64,000 bases of DNA from an uncultured Gammaproteobacteria bacterium (GCA_964490105.1 CAZAZU010000001.1:86706-150705); one strand, 5' to 3'. Positions 18,436-29,809 are shown, counted from the stretch's first letter. Notes: generated by a model from the sequence alone, not told the origin. Translations and numbers: made by a program.

Positions 18436-20109
18436 GTGGAGAGTATTTTTCTTGAACTTACAGTTGTAATTTTTTTAGCTGCAGTCTTGTCTATAATTTT
18501 TCGCTTCTTAAAACAGCCTTCGATTCTCGCATTCATTGTAACAGGAGTGATTGTGGGTCCAGTTGGTTTATTTAATTTTCATAGTCACGAGTTAATGCAG
18601 TCTCTTGCTTCAATTGGAATAACGCTTCTTTTATTTATGATCGGTCTCGAGCTGAATATAAAAGAGCTGAAATCAGTAGGGAAAGTCGCCTTACTAGCAG
18701 GGGTGGGGCAGATGTTTTTTACATCCGTTGCAGGGTTTGGAATTAGTATGCTTCTGGGATTCTCTGCTTTAACATCCATTTATATAGGAATTGCCCTAGC
18801 TTTTTCTTCGACTATTTTAATTATAAAGCTTCTATCTGATAAGAGAGACATTAAAAGTCTTTATGGAAAAATAACCATAGGTATTTTGCTGGTGCAGGAT
18901 TTAATTGCAATTCTTATTTTAATCTTGCTTTCAACCTTTAGCGGTGTTGCGGGTACATCAATTAATTTTTTTGAAATAATCATTGCTCTTTTAAAGGTAA
19001 TAGTTTTATTTGGTTGGGTTATATTTTTGAGTAAAAATATTTTACCAAGAATACTTAACGTGATCGCTCGCTCATCTGAATCTCTTTTCCTGTTTAGTCT
19101 TGCTTGGGTTTTTGGGATTGCAGCATTAGTTAGTTCTCCTATAATCGGTTTTTCAATTGAAATTGGGGGTCTTTTGGCGGGAATTGCATTGGCATCCTCA
19201 ATTGAAAGTTTTCAAATTATCACAAAAATAAAACCTCTTAGGGATTTTTTCATAACTATTTTCTTCGTGACGCTTGGGATGGATTTAGCATTTAATAACA
19301 TTTCTCAAATTCTCGTGTCTGTATCTGTATTCTCTATTTTCGTTTTACTTATTAGCCCAATTATTATAATGATAATTTTAGGATTACTTAAATATAAAAA
19401 AAGAACTTCATTCATGGCGGGAGTTACGCTTGCTCAAATTTCTGAATTTTCTCTCATCATGCTTTATTTAGGAAATAAAATAGGTCATATTTCTGAGGAA
19501 GTTCTCTCCATAATAACTTTTGTGGGAGTTGTGACTTTTGTAATTTCAACTTACTTCATTACCAACAGTAATTATATTTATAAATTTCTATTACCAATTT
19601 TGGGAATTTTTGAAAGAAAAAATATTAATGATCAAAAAGAGCCTGAGGAATTAAAAAATCACACTATTTTAATAGGAGCGAATAGAATGGGGGAGGGAAT
19701 TCTCAATGCGCTTATAAAAAAGAATGCAAAATTTGTAGTTGTAGATTTTGATCCGGATATTATCGAAAAGTTAAATAAAAAAAAGATAAAAACATTCTTC
19801 GGAGATATTTCCGATCCTGAAATTGCACAGGCAGTTAATGTTGAAAAGGCAGATTTAATTATATCTACGGCCTCAGATCCAGAGGACAATCTCCTCCTCC
19901 TAAAAAGTATAAAGAAATTTAAAGATGTTAAGGTGATCGTTGCAGCATTTGATAAGAGGGACGCGAGGGATTTTTATAAAGCAGGAGCTGATTATGTAAT
20001 AATGCCTCATATAGCAGGAGGTAATCATCTAGCAAATATTTTAGTTGCTGATGATCATTTGAAGTTAATTGAGGAGCATAAAGAAAAAGAAAAAGTTTAT
20101 ATTTCGTAA
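18436..20109 (+). CDS. monovalent cation:proton antiporter (CPA2/Kef-type) with C-terminal RCK/TrkA-N domain
   Basis: 557 aa, GTG start. 10-12 TM helices. C-terminal Rossmann-like RCK ([13 protein letters not shown]). Confidence 0.7.
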   Translation: MESIFLELTVVIFLAAVLSIIFRFLKQPSILAFIVTGVIVGPVGLFNFHSHELMQSLASIGITLLLFMIGLELNIKELKSVGKVALLAGVGQMFFTSVAGFGISMLLGFSALTSIYIGIALAFSSTILIIKLLSDKRDIKSLYGKITIGILLVQDLIAILILILLSTFSGVAGTSINFFEIIIALLKVIVLFGWVIFLSKNILPRILNVIARSSESLFLFSLAWVFGIAALVSSPIIGFSIEIGGLLAGIALASSIESFQIITKIKPLRDFFITIFFVTLGMDLAFNNISQILVSVSVFSIFVLLISPIIIMIILGLLKYKKRTSFMAGVTLAQISEFSLIMLYLGNKIGHISEEVLSIITFVGVVTFVISTYFITNSNYIYKFLLPILGIFERKNINDQKEPEELKNHTILIGANRMGEGILNALIKKNAKFVVVDFDPDIIEKLNKKKIKTFFGDISDPEIAQAVNVEKADLIISTASDPEDNLLLLKSIKKFKDVKVIVAAFDKRDARDFYKAGADYVIMPHIAGGNHLANILVADDHLKLIEEHKEKEKVYIS

Positions 20110-20984
20110 TCTGCATTTACAATATCTTCAATTTCTCCATCCATAATTTTTGGTAAATTGTGCCAGGATTTATTTATTCTGTGATCCGTTAGGCGATCTT
20201 GCGGAAAGTTAAATGTTCTTATTTTTTCACTTCTCATTCCTCGTCCCACCTGAGTAGATTTAAGTGAGCTAATTTCTGAATGTTGTTTTTCAACTTCAAT
20301 CTCCCAAAGCTTACTGCGTAGCAAATTCATAGCAATTTCTCTATTTTGTCCTTGAAATCTTTCTGTTGAAGCGGTTACCACAATTCCAGTCGGAATATGT
20401 TTGATGCGAACAGCAGTGGATACTTTATTTACATTCTGACCGCCGTGTCCGCCTGATCTATAAGCCTCAAAGCTTATATCTGCTGGATTAATGTGGAGAT
20501 CAATGTCTTCAAGTTCGGGAAGAACAGATACTGTTGCTGTTGATGTGTGAACTCTGCCTCTTTTTTCAGTGGCAGGAATGCGTTGAACTCTGTGAACTCC
20601 TGCTTCATACTTAAAAATATTAAAGGGACCTTTTCCATTATATTTTCCGCTAACTCTCAAAACACCCTCATCTATTTGTTCGAATTTAAGTCCGACTCTT
20701 TCACCAAACCTGGTGTACATTCGAAGTAGTTCATCACCCCACAGCTTAGCTTCTTCTCCTCCTGCAGCACCGCTTGTTTGGAGAATTGCATTTCGGTCAT
20801 CCAGCGAATCTTCTTCATCGTCTTCTGATTGACTATAATTTCCCATGATTTGATCTTTTTGTTTGTTAAGTTCTAGGAGTTCCAGTTCAGCCATTTCTTT
20901 AAAATCAGGATCTGACAAGAGTTGCGAAGTTTCCGCAATTTTTGCGTCAATAGACTCAATTAGGGCTTTTCTGTAATCGTCCAT
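20097..20984 (-). CDS. prfA: peptide chain release factor, RF1-like (PxT=PAT, GGQ) with shortened N-terminal domain
   Basis: 295 aa. RIPATE tripeptide-anticodon motif and [11 protein letters not shown]. An in-frame TAG 9 nt upstream of the ATG confirms the short N-terminus. Confidence 0.7.
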   Translation of the reverse strand: MDDYRKALIESIDAKIAETSQLLSDPDFKEMAELELLELNKQKDQIMGNYSQSEDDEEDSLDDRNAILQTSGAAGGEEAKLWGDELLRMYTRFGERVGLKFEQIDEGVLRVSGKYNGKGPFNIFKYEAGVHRVQRIPATEKRGRVHTSTATVSVLPELEDIDLHINPADISFEAYRSGGHGGQNVNKVSTAVRIKHIPTGIVVTASTERFQGQNREIAMNLLRSKLWEIEVEKQHSEISSLKSTQVGRGMRSEKIRTFNFPQDRLTDHRINKSWHNLPKIMDGEIEDIVNADYEI

Positions 20985-20990
20985 GTGGAG

Positions 20991-21290
20991 CTAACTTATT
21001 TGCGAAAGCATTTCGCGAAGAGTTTTAGGGGCTTCTGCCTGTTTTCTTTGAGCTTCTTTCTTTTCTTTATTTACAATTTGATATTTCTTAGCATTTTCAG
21101 ATCTTGTTTGGAATTTTTGAATTCTAGAAGCTGTATCTACAAATCTTTGTTCACCGGTATAGAATGGGTGACAGTTAGAGCAAAGTTCCACGTGAATTAC
21201 TTCCTGAGTAGAACCAGTTGTCCATTTGTGTCCGCAAACACAAATTACTTGTGCTTCGTTAAAATACTGTGGGTGAATCGCTTGTTTCAT
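20991..21290 (-). CDS. rpmE: 50S ribosomal protein L31
   Basis: Internal start MKQAIHPQY...CVCGHKW...[16 protein letters not shown] has the typical bL31 Cys4 ribbon. The 205-aa track ORF is an upstream artefact extension. Confidence 0.8.
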   Translation of the reverse strand: MKQAIHPQYFNEAQVICVCGHKWTTGSTQEVIHVELCSNCHPFYTGEQRFVDTASRIQKFQTRSENAKKYQIVNKEKKEAQRKQAEAPKTLREMLSQIS

Positions 21291-21347
21291 TCCATTTATT
21301 ATATCGTAAAACGAGCCTAAAAACAATACTCGTGGTATAATTTTGAA

Positions 21348-21806
21348 ATGAAAAAGAGCAAACAAATTGATGGAGTAGGGGTGGGAGCTGTAATTTTTGA
21401 TGAAAATAATCGGCTTTTTCTTGCAAAAAGAGGAGAAAAAGCCAGAAGTGAACGCGGAAAATGGGAATGTCCAGGTGGGGGGCATGAGCGTTTTGAGACA
21501 TTTAAAGAAACAATAGAAAGAGAATTTAAAGAAGAATTTGGTGCGGAAGTAGAATTTATCAAAACTTTGGGAGTATTGAATCATGTAATTCCTGAGGAAA
21601 ATAAACACTGGGTAGCGATTCCCGCACTTTGTAAATTAAAGAATGGAAATCCAAAAATTCTGGAGCCTGAGAAGTGTGCAGAAATCGGTTGGTTCAGTTT
21701 TTCAGAGATGGAAAAAATGCCACTTTCAGTTTTATTTAAAGATGGCTTGATGAGATTATTAGAAGATTATTTAAATGAAAAAACTGACCGAAAAAGGAAT
21801 AATTAA
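21348..21806 (+). CDS. Nudix hydrolase
   Basis: 152 aa. Nudix box [23 protein letters not shown] (Gx5Ex7REUxEExGU). Confidence 0.7.
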   Translation: MKKSKQIDGVGVGAVIFDENNRLFLAKRGEKARSERGKWECPGGGHERFETFKETIEREFKEEFGAEVEFIKTLGVLNHVIPEENKHWVAIPALCKLKNGNPKILEPEKCAEIGWFSFSEMEKMPLSVLFKDGLMRLLEDYLNEKTDRKRNN

Positions 21807-22356
21807 TTTAATTGAAAACGATCCATGGATGATGGATGTTCTTAGAGCAGCTGAGAGTTTAAAGCTTCCCGATTGCTGGGTTGGGGGAGGCTTTATAAGA
21901 AGTAAGGTTTGGGACTATCTACATAATTACACTGAGAGAACTCCACTTCCTGATATTGACGTTGTTTACCTCGATTCAAAAGACTTTATAAAAGATGAAG
22001 CGCAGCATCACTCAACAAAAAAGGAAAAAGAATATGAATCAAAACTTAACGAATTAATGCCGGGTAATATTTGGTCTGTAACAAATCAAGCAAGGATGCA
22101 TCTTTATCACAATAAGTCTCCATATAAAACTTCAAAAGACGCCATGAGAGACTGGGTAGAGACTGCAACTGGAATAGGCGCAAGGATTAATAAAAAAAAT
22201 GAAGTTGAATTAATTGCGGCGTGGGGAATTGATGACCTTGTCAATTTAATCTTAAGGCCTTCTGAAACAAAAACTGACAGATTAAGAGAATTTAATAGAC
22301 GAATAAAAACAAAAAAGTGGTTGGAAAAATGGCCGAAGTTAAGAGTGGTTTCTTAA
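21775..22356 (+). CDS. nucleotidyltransferase-family protein (DUF925/NTP_transf_6-like)
   Basis: 193 aa. LPDCWVGGGFIRSKVWDY...PDIDVVYLD resembles minimal nucleotidyltransferases. Confidence 0.4.
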   Translation: MKKLTEKGIINLIENDPWMMDVLRAAESLKLPDCWVGGGFIRSKVWDYLHNYTERTPLPDIDVVYLDSKDFIKDEAQHHSTKKEKEYESKLNELMPGNIWSVTNQARMHLYHNKSPYKTSKDAMRDWVETATGIGARINKKNEVELIAAWGIDDLVNLILRPSETKTDRLREFNRRIKTKKWLEKWPKLRVVS

Positions 22357-23253
22357 TTTGTGAAATGGATGATAATGAAGACGTCCCTCTGAGATAAAAA
22401 TTCCCAGGAATACAAATACAGCGCCAGCTAAATATAATGGTGTGATTTCTTCATGAAGAAGCGGAACTGCGACGACGATTGTTGCGACCGGGTCTACATA
22501 GGTGAAAACTCCCACCTCAGAAGCTTTTATAAATTTAATTCCATATGCATAAATTGAATGTGCAATAGCTGTCGCAAGTACAGCTCCAAAAAATATTCCA
22601 ATAATTATTTTCATGTTAATGTCTGATGTCCAATGCGTTTGGTTAAGTTCTATAAAGAAAAATGGAAGAAGGGGGAGGGAACCGATTAAAAATTGCCAAA
22701 ATGCGATAGGAAGTGGTTTGTATTTCGGCATAATCTTTTTTAGTAAAAGCGCGTGAATAACTGAAGTGATCGCAGCTCCGACTAAAAACAAATTTCCCAA
22801 AACACTTCCGTCCAGGCCTTCTTTAAAAACAGGAAGTATTACGATTAAAAGAACACCGATCAAGCTGACAAGTGTTCCAAGTACCACTTTTCTTTTAAGT
22901 TTTTCTTTTAAATAAAGGAAGGATCCGATAATTAAAACGACAGGTCCAGCAGACATTATGATTGGGGCATTGATACTTGATGATAATTTGAGTCCTAAGA
23001 TTAAAAGCGAAATTGAAATTGTAATTCCGACGAAAGACATTAGGAATAAATCCCACCAATCTTCTCGTTCAACTTTTAAATCTTTATATACGAAGGGAAG
23101 TAAAATTAATGCGCCTATATAAAAACGTAAAAAAACAAACGTAAGAGAGGGGATATCATCAAGTGCCCATTTATAAATAGGGAATGAAGCTCCCCAAATA
23201 ACATTGGCAATAATTAACGCTAAAATGGATAATTGGATTTTACCTAATTGCAT
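22339..23253 (-). CDS. EamA/DMT-superfamily transporter
   Basis: 304 aa, 10 TM helices, duplicated EamA-like halves. Confidence 0.6.
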   Translation of the reverse strand: MQLGKIQLSILALIIANVIWGASFPIYKWALDDIPSLTFVFLRFYIGALILLPFVYKDLKVEREDWWDLFLMSFVGITISISLLILGLKLSSSINAPIIMSAGPVVLIIGSFLYLKEKLKRKVVLGTLVSLIGVLLIVILPVFKEGLDGSVLGNLFLVGAAITSVIHALLLKKIMPKYKPLPIAFWQFLIGSLPLLPFFFIELNQTHWTSDINMKIIIGIFFGAVLATAIAHSIYAYGIKFIKASEVGVFTYVDPVATIVVAVPLLHEEITPLYLAGAVFVFLGIFISEGRLHYHPFHKLRNHS

Positions 23254-24448
23254 CGGACAGTTGATCTAGGGTAATTTCTTTTTTCTCTCCAGTTATCATG
23301 TTTTTTAGAGTGAGGGATTCTTCTACGATTAAAACATATGGGATACTTTTTTTGTCAGCGTATTTAAGTTGTTTGTCTAAATCTTTTTCATCAATGTATA
23401 ATTCTGTTTTAATTCCTTTTTCTCGAAGTGTATTTGCAATTTTTGGAGAGTTTGGATTTGTGTTCGTAACTAAAATTTTAGCCTCTTCTAAATCAGGAGG
23501 GAAGATGCCTAGCTCTGTCATTGCTTCCATGACTCTATCAAAACCAAAAGCAAATCCTACAGCGGGAATTTGAGAATCACTAAACATTCCAATTAAATTA
23601 TCATATCTTCCGCCGCCGCCTACAGATCCTACCCCGTATCCATCTACCTCAACTTCAATTATTATCCCGGTGTAGTAATCTAGACCTCTTGCTAGAGTTG
23701 GAACAAATTCCATTCTTTCTCTATCAACTCCCATTTTTTCTGCCTGGTTAATTATCTCTAAAATATTATTTGTAGGATTCATGCTCTCAAATTTTTGTAA
23801 AATATAATTTGAGTAATCAGATTCAAAACCACTGCTGATTAATTCATCAAGAACTCCTTCTTTTCCAATTTTTTTAATTTTATCAATCGCCCTAATCATT
23901 TTTGGAAGATTTTCGTCAGTAACAATTCCATCTTTTTTTAATTCTGAAAAAGTTTGTCTGTCATTAAGAAGTATCTTGAAATTTTTAAAACCTAATCTTT
24001 TATATCCTTCTGCGATTAACGCGATTATTTCTGAATCTGCTAAGAGGGAAGTGGAGCCGACAGTGTCGATATCTACTTGAAGAAATTCCCTGAAGCGTCC
24101 TTTTTGCGTGTTTTCTGCGCGATAAACATTTTGGATTTGATACCTTTTAAATGGAAGAGGGAGGTCATTTTGGTATTGAGCTACAACTCTAGCAAGTGGC
24201 ACTGTTTGGTCATATCGCATCGCAACACGTCTCTTTCCATTATCTACGAATTTGTACATTAATTTATCTCCTTCGTCTCCATATTTTCCTGATAAAATTT
24301 CTTCGTATTCTAATGCTGGAGTTTCAAGCGGTTCAAAACCATAAGACTCAAACACCTCCTTTAAGATGTTTAAAACGTAGGCCCTTTTTCTTGCGTCATT
24401 TGGCAAGAAATCTCGGAAGCCTTTTAATGTTCTAGGTTCAACTTTCAT
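23240..24448 (-). CDS. hisS: histidine--tRNA ligase
   Basis: 402 aa. Class II motifs; the N-terminus MKVEPRTLKGFRDFLP is diagnostic of HisRS. Also GGGGRYD. Confidence 0.85.
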   Translation of the reverse strand: MKVEPRTLKGFRDFLPNDARKRAYVLNILKEVFESYGFEPLETPALEYEEILSGKYGDEGDKLMYKFVDNGKRRVAMRYDQTVPLARVVAQYQNDLPLPFKRYQIQNVYRAENTQKGRFREFLQVDIDTVGSTSLLADSEIIALIAEGYKRLGFKNFKILLNDRQTFSELKKDGIVTDENLPKMIRAIDKIKKIGKEGVLDELISSGFESDYSNYILQKFESMNPTNNILEIINQAEKMGVDRERMEFVPTLARGLDYYTGIIIEVEVDGYGVGSVGGGGRYDNLIGMFSDSQIPAVGFAFGFDRVMEAMTELGIFPPDLEEAKILVTNTNPNSPKIANTLREKGIKTELYIDEKDLDKQLKYADKKSIPYVLIVEESLTLKNMITGEKKEITLDQLSDAIR

Positions 24449-24495
24449 AGAAGTATTGTACCATGAAGAAATTTGGTTCGAAAGATGTGGGCAAT

Positions 24496-25500
24496 TTAAT
24501 CTTCTCTTTCTTTAAAGTAAAAATTGTAGTATTCGCGGCCAACTATGAGAATTATACTGGCAACAGGAATTGCGAAAACTGCGCCGGTCGCACCAGCTAC
24601 TTTTAGTCCAATTAGAAGAGAAAGGATTACTATTACAGGATTTATATTAAATGCACTTCCGATAATTTTTGGTCCTAAGGCATTAAAGATAAATTGCTGA
24701 ATCGCGAAAATAATCAAAAATATAATTAAGGCTTGATCGGGACTATCAATTAACGCAACTAGCAGGGGAGGGATAACTCCTATTATAGGGCCAATTACTG
24801 GAACAGCTGTTAGGATGCCTGCTATTAAAGATGTGGATCCTGCGAAATTTATTCCAAATAGAGTTAATACTATCCAAGTGATTACTCCTCCTATTACACC
24901 CCAGAGGATTTGAATTCTAACAAATGATGCAAATGACTGATTGATAACTTTTTGTACAAATCTAATTTCTCCGTGATATTTTCTGGGTGTTAGGGCAAAC
25001 AATCTTTTATTTAGATTATCTTTATCTATAACTAGATAGAAAGAAAGAATTAAGATCGTTACTAAATTTACCAGGAATTGAGTAACTGAAGGAATAACAT
25101 TTGTATAATTTCCAAGAGATTTTGTAAAATTATCTATTCCGTCAGCCACAACCGGGGGCGCATTTTGTTTAAATGTTGGAAGTAACTGCTCAAGAGTTTT
25201 AAGTTGGATAGCTAAATCAGGAATAAAAGCTATAAAAGCGAGTCCAATTAGTATCGCAGCTAATACAAAGACTATAACAGTTGAAATTATTCTTGGAACT
25301 TTTAAATAATTTGTAAAGATATCAACAAAAGGTTCCAGAATAAAGCTAACCAGCCAGCCGAAGAAAATAATTATTATTATGTCTGAAAAATCCCTGAGAA
25401 ATTTGACTACATATTCAAAAAGATAAAGTCCAACTGCTATGGTTCCAAGTGAAATTAGAAGTTTTAAAGATGAGAGATCTTTTTTTAGTTCGTCGAGCAT
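24496..25500 (-). CDS. AI-2E family (PerM/UPF0118) transporter
   Basis: 334 aa, 7-8 TM helices, conserved C-terminal AI-2E-like region. Confidence 0.55.
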   Translation of the reverse strand: MLDELKKDLSSLKLLISLGTIAVGLYLFEYVVKFLRDFSDIIIIIFFGWLVSFILEPFVDIFTNYLKVPRIISTVIVFVLAAILIGLAFIAFIPDLAIQLKTLEQLLPTFKQNAPPVVADGIDNFTKSLGNYTNVIPSVTQFLVNLVTILILSFYLVIDKDNLNKRLFALTPRKYHGEIRFVQKVINQSFASFVRIQILWGVIGGVITWIVLTLFGINFAGSTSLIAGILTAVPVIGPIIGVIPPLLVALIDSPDQALIIFLIIFAIQQFIFNALGPKIIGSAFNINPVIVILSLLIGLKVAGATGAVFAIPVASIILIVGREYYNFYFKERED

Positions 25501-25504
25501 ATAG

Positions 25505-26557
25505 TTATAGCTCTATTATTTCTCTATTTGAATGAGAAATCAACTCTGCCTTTCCGTTCCTAACTAGTACTAAATCCTCGATTCTGACTCCGCCAAAATC
25601 AGGAAAATAAATTCCGGGCTCTACAGAGAAAATCATATTATTTTTGATTATGTCCTTGGAGTTAGGAGAAATATAAGGTGTTTCATGCACCTCAACTCCT
25701 ATACCATGTCCAACGGAATGGGGAATACTTGGGAATTTGTGTTTGATAATATATTCACGCGCTGTTTTATCAATTGTAGATGCATTAGTATTTAATTTTA
25801 TTCTTTTAATAGCTTCAGTCTGTGCATTAAAAACCGCTTTATGCATTTTTTTGAATTTTTCCGGAGCTTTGCCAAAATAAATGGTGCGGGACATATCGGA
25901 ACAATAATTATTTATTTTTACGCCAAAATCTATGAGAATTATTTGATTCTTCTTAAGCTTGCCGTCACTTGTCTGGTGATGGGGAACTGCGGAACTTTTT
26001 CCAAATGCGATAATTGACCTAAATGAAGTTTCTGCGTTTTTTTCTTTTATAAAATTTTCAATTAGATTGGCAATTTCTTTTTCACTTGCTCCAAGTTTTA
26101 TATTTTTTAGTATATAACTAAATGTTTGATCCGCGATTTTGCAAGCGAGTTTTATGTTTTCAATCTCTTCACTAGTTTTAATTATTCTAAGTTTTCTTAG
26201 ATCAACAGGTTTAAGATTAACTACTTTTTTAAATGCATTAAATTCTGTGACAGTTAGATTATTTTCCTCAAATCCAACTGTTTTTATTTTTAGTTTTTTA
26301 AATAATTCTTCTGATTTATTTTCTAAGAAATTGTGAAGGCCGCTATCAATTACATTGAAAGACTTAACCTGTTTTTTAACTGCCTCAGAATATCTTTTAT
26401 CTGTAATTAAAAAATTAGATTTTTTAGTAATTAGGAGGATGCACTCTCTTTCTGTTTCAGAAAAACCCGAGTAATTTGTTAAGTAAACTATGTTTGCTTG
26501 TGAGGAAATTAAGATAGCGTCGATTGTTTCTAAAATCTTTTTAAACTTTTGGTTCAT
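25505..26557 (-). CDS. M24-family Xaa-Pro aminopeptidase
   Basis: 350 aa. Pita-bread fold metal ligands: HSVGHGIGVEVHE and a C-terminal E...E pattern. Confidence 0.7.
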   Translation of the reverse strand: MNQKFKKILETIDAILISSQANIVYLTNYSGFSETERECILLITKKSNFLITDKRYSEAVKKQVKSFNVIDSGLHNFLENKSEELFKKLKIKTVGFEENNLTVTEFNAFKKVVNLKPVDLRKLRIIKTSEEIENIKLACKIADQTFSYILKNIKLGASEKEIANLIENFIKEKNAETSFRSIIAFGKSSAVPHHQTSDGKLKKNQIILIDFGVKINNYCSDMSRTIYFGKAPEKFKKMHKAVFNAQTEAIKRIKLNTNASTIDKTAREYIIKHKFPSIPHSVGHGIGVEVHETPYISPNSKDIIKNNMIFSVEPGIYFPDFGGVRIEDLVLVRNGKAELISHSNREIIEL

Positions 26558-27309
26558 TCTTCCTCTTCTTCTGGGGTAGGGGTGGGAGTGGATTTAGTTT
26601 CATTATCAACTACCTGAATCTTAGGATTTTTTGGGAGGTCGGGGAAAGTAATAATTCTAGAGGCAGTGAGCCTATTATTTTCTTTAGGATCTAGAAATCC
26701 AATTACTATGCTATTTTGCATTTTTTCGATTTTAGAAAATCCTGACGTTTCTAACTCGCCGTCATTATACGAGAAGGATTTTGTAATTTTTTCTATATCA
26801 ACTACATATTCTTTTCCATCTTCTGTCAGAAGTGTTACTGTGAATTTATCTTCGTCTGTTTCTGAAATTACTCCATGAAGAAATAATGGAATATTTTTTT
26901 CATTTACAAAACGGGCGAGAAGTCTATGAGACTCTTTGTTATAAAGTCCTAGTGCAGCAATTCGGGAACCCCTTTTTATATCAGATATTCCAAATGAATT
27001 ATCATCCTCTGAAGAAAATTTAGTTAGTTCATCTACATCAATAATTCTTGTTTTATTATTCAAATCATTTACAGTAATTTGCGTATCGGAAACATCTTCT
27101 ACTACTCCTATGATTCCTCTTCTTTCAATAAGATTAAGTTCTGCTACACGAGAGGCCACTTTATCTTTTAATGCGTCTACTTTGTCAGAAATTTTTTCAA
27201 TTTCATCACTCGTAGGAATTACATTTTTAGTTGGAGCCTTTGTTTGTCCGTATGCATGAGGAATAGATACAGCAAATAATATTAATGTAATTATTAAAAT
27301 TCTAATCAT
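26554..27309 (-). CDS. secreted hypothetical protein
   Basis: 251 aa. N-terminal signal peptide (IPHAYG-Q). TPTPTPEEEEE tail. Confidence 0.35.
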   Translation of the reverse strand: MIRILIITLILFAVSIPHAYGQTKAPTKNVIPTSDEIEKISDKVDALKDKVASRVAELNLIERRGIIGVVEDVSDTQITVNDLNNKTRIIDVDELTKFSSEDDNSFGISDIKRGSRIAALGLYNKESHRLLARFVNEKNIPLFLHGVISETDEDKFTVTLLTEDGKEYVVDIEKITKSFSYNDGELETSGFSKIEKMQNSIVIGFLDPKENNRLTASRIITFPDLPKNPKIQVVDNETKSTPTPTPEEEEE

Positions 27310-27311
27310 AT

Positions 27312-27737
27312 TTAAAAAGTTTCTGTTGAATAAGTCACCGTAAGCTTTGTTTTAGCTATTTCACCATTTTCTGCTATCGCACTGATTTCAATAATATTTT
27401 CTCCATCATCTAGTGAAATTTCTGTTGAGAAATTCCCATTACTTGCAGCAACTGCTGCTTCTTCGTTAGTTTCCGTAAGTACTACTATTTTAGCATTGGG
27501 GACCGTTTTTCCGGAAATAGTAATTATTCGTTCGTCCGTTACTTCCTCATCTCTTGGCCGTTCTACGGTGACAAAAACAGAAGAGCTGGGTGAAGGTGTA
27601 GGATTTTCTATGGTGATTTTCTTAATATCAGATGGGTCTACTTTTTTCGTTGATTGGTAGATGAAAAAAGCGCCAATAGCCACAGCAATTCCAATTAAGG
27701 CAGCGATAAAAGAAAGAATAATTTTTTCTTTTTTCAT
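27312..27737 (-). CDS. membrane-anchored hypothetical protein
   Basis: 141 aa. Single N-terminal TM, beta-rich remainder. Confidence 0.35.
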   Translation of the reverse strand: MKKEKIILSFIAALIGIAVAIGAFFIYQSTKKVDPSDIKKITIENPTPSPSSSVFVTVERPRDEEVTDERIITISGKTVPNAKIVVLTETNEEAAVAASNGNFSTEISLDDGENIIEISAIAENGEIAKTKLTVTYSTETF

Positions 27738-27851
27738 AAGACCGAGGATTTATCCTGCCATGCTTAAAGAAAAGCAAAAGACACTCTAAAGTAAGGCTCA
27801 TGATACTACTTAAATAATTATCTTGTCAAGAAAACTTACACATGGTAGGAT

Positions 27852-28382
27852 ATGCAAATGGATGTAATCTTGCTTAATGAAAATACATTAAAAATTAAGG
27901 GCAAAAACGCCTCAATTATCATAAATCCCTCAACTTCTACCTCAAAAACAGAAGCAGATGCGATAATTCTACTTAAAAGTGATTTGAGTTTTAATCCAGA
28001 TAAGATTGAAGGAAGCAGAATTACCATAAAAGGTCCTGGGGAATATGAAATAAGCGGTGTAAAAATATCTACTACTAGAGTTGAAGAGGATCAGGTAGCA
28101 AGAGTTGATGTAGACAACGTTAAAGTACTAGTAGGAAATGGATCAGCGATAGAAAAAATCCACGATAAGATCGAAGAGGCACAAGTTGTTGTAATTAACT
28201 CAGATGAAGAATTTAACCACTCTATTCTTACATCGCTTGAGCCGAATGTTTTATTAGTTTACGGAGCAAAAAGGACAGAAGTTGCAAAATCGCTTGGAAA
28301 AGACGAAGCAGCTAGTGCCAGTAAATATTCAACATCTTCAGACAAACTCCCTGCGGAAATGGAAGTAATATTATTAGGCTAA
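27852..28382 (+). CDS. hypothetical protein
   Basis: 176-aa ORF with intact start and stop. No motif recognised. Confidence 0.35.
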   Translation: MQMDVILLNENTLKIKGKNASIIINPSTSTSKTEADAIILLKSDLSFNPDKIEGSRITIKGPGEYEISGVKISTTRVEEDQVARVDVDNVKVLVGNGSAIEKIHDKIEEAQVVVINSDEEFNHSILTSLEPNVLLVYGAKRTEVAKSLGKDEAASASKYSTSSDKLPAEMEVILLG

Positions 28383-28456
28383 ATTCAAAGATTTTTAGTT
28401 TGCTACTGTTTGAGTCATTGTTTTTTCAAGAGTGTTGATTTATCATTTTAAAACTT

Positions 28457-29809
28457 ATGGCTACATCAAAAGTTCCACCTCATAGTGAAGAAGCAGAGCA
28501 AAGCGTATTAGGAGCAATTCTCATGAGTAAGGATTCAATTGGGCTTATTTCCGAAAAATTAAAACCCAAAGATTTTTATGATGATAATAATGGGAAAATT
28601 TTTGAAGCCATGCTATCTCTTCATGATCGAGCAAAACCGATTGATTTATTAACGCTAACCAAGGAGTTAAAAAGCCTTAAAGCAAAAGTAGATGCATCTT
28701 ATTTAACAGATCTTTTAAATGCAGTCCCAACAGCTGCAAACATTGAACACTATGCGCAAATTATTCAGGAGGATTCAATGAAAAGATCTCTTATAAGCTT
28801 GGGTTCAAATATAGCTGAAATGGGTTTTATGGAGGATAAAGAAGCTGAGGATTTATTGGATAAAGCAGAGGCTTCAGTTTTTGCAATTACTCAGGGACAT
28901 ACGATAAAAGGTTTCGTTCCAATTAAAGCTGGATTAGCTGAAAGTTTTGACAGAATCGATGAATTACATAAATCAGGAGCAGGGTTAAGGGGTGTAAAAA
29001 CTGGTTTTACAGATTTAGATAATCTTCTTTCTGGAATGCAGGCTTCAAATTTATTAATTCTGGCTGCGCGTCCGGGACAGGGAAAAACTGCTTTTGTTGT
29101 TAATATGTCGCAGCATATAGCGGTTAATGAAAAAAAATCTGTGGGTATTTTTTCCCTAGAAATGAGCCAAGAGGAATTAGTGGATCGTCTTTTGGTGGGC
29201 CAGGCTGATGTGGATGCCTGGAGACTTAAAACGGGACGCCTTACTGAGTCTGACTTTACAAAACTTTCTGAAGCAATGGGTGTATTAGCTGATGCGCCTA
29301 TTTATATAGATGACACTCCCGGAATTTCTGTTTCACAAATTAGAACTAAAGCAAGAAGGCTTCAGCTGGAGCATAATGTATCAATTATAATTGTTGATTA
29401 CCTTCAGTTAGTAGATCCAGGAAAGCATTATGATAACAGGGTTCAGGAAGTTTCAATTGTTTCTCAGGCTCTGAAAAATCTAGCTCGTGAATTAAAAATT
29501 CCAGTTTTAGCACTATCTCAGCTTTCCCGTGCAGTAGAGCATAGAGGAGAGAAAAAACCGCAGCTCGCTGATCTTAGAGAGTCGGGAGCTATCGAGCAGG
29601 ATGCTGACGTAGTTATGTTTTTATATAGACCTGATGCTGAAATAGCGGATGTAATGCAGACTAAGTTGTCTGTAGCTAAGCACAGAAATGGACCTCAGGG
29701 AGAGGTGGACCTTCTATTTAGAGGGGACAGAATTAGATTTTATAATATGGATAGAAAGAGAGAGGAAATACCGGTTCCCCAAGCTCCAACGCAATCAACA
29801 GTTATTTAA
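28457..29809 (+). CDS. dnaB: replicative DNA helicase
   Basis: 450 aa. DnaB N-terminal domain. Walker A ARPGQGKTAF. RecA-like motifs. Confidence 0.9.
   Translation: MATSKVPPHSEEAEQSVLGAILMSKDSIGLISEKLKPKDFYDDNNGKIFEAMLSLHDRAKPIDLLTLTKELKSLKAKVDASYLTDLLNAVPTAANIEHYAQIIQEDSMKRSLISLGSNIAEMGFMEDKEAEDLLDKAEASVFAITQGHTIKGFVPIKAGLAESFDRIDELHKSGAGLRGVKTGFTDLDNLLSGMQASNLLILAARPGQGKTAFVVNMSQHIAVNEKKSVGIFSLEMSQEELVDRLLVGQADVDAWRLKTGRLTESDFTKLSEAMGVLADAPIYIDDTPGISVSQIRTKARRLQLEHNVSIIIVDYLQLVDPGKHYDNRVQEVSIVSQALKNLARELKIPVLALSQLSRAVEHRGEKKPQLADLRESGAIEQDADVVMFLYRPDAEIADVMQTKLSVAKHRNGPQGEVDLLFRGDRIRFYNMDRKREEIPVPQAPTQSTVI

Noticed and set aside
20991-21608. 205-aa ORF on the minus strand
   Set aside because: Only the last 99 aa (from MKQAIHPQY) form ribosomal protein L31. 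The upstream 106 aa are low-complexity read-through of the promoter region and overlap the divergent Nudix gene's upstream DNA.
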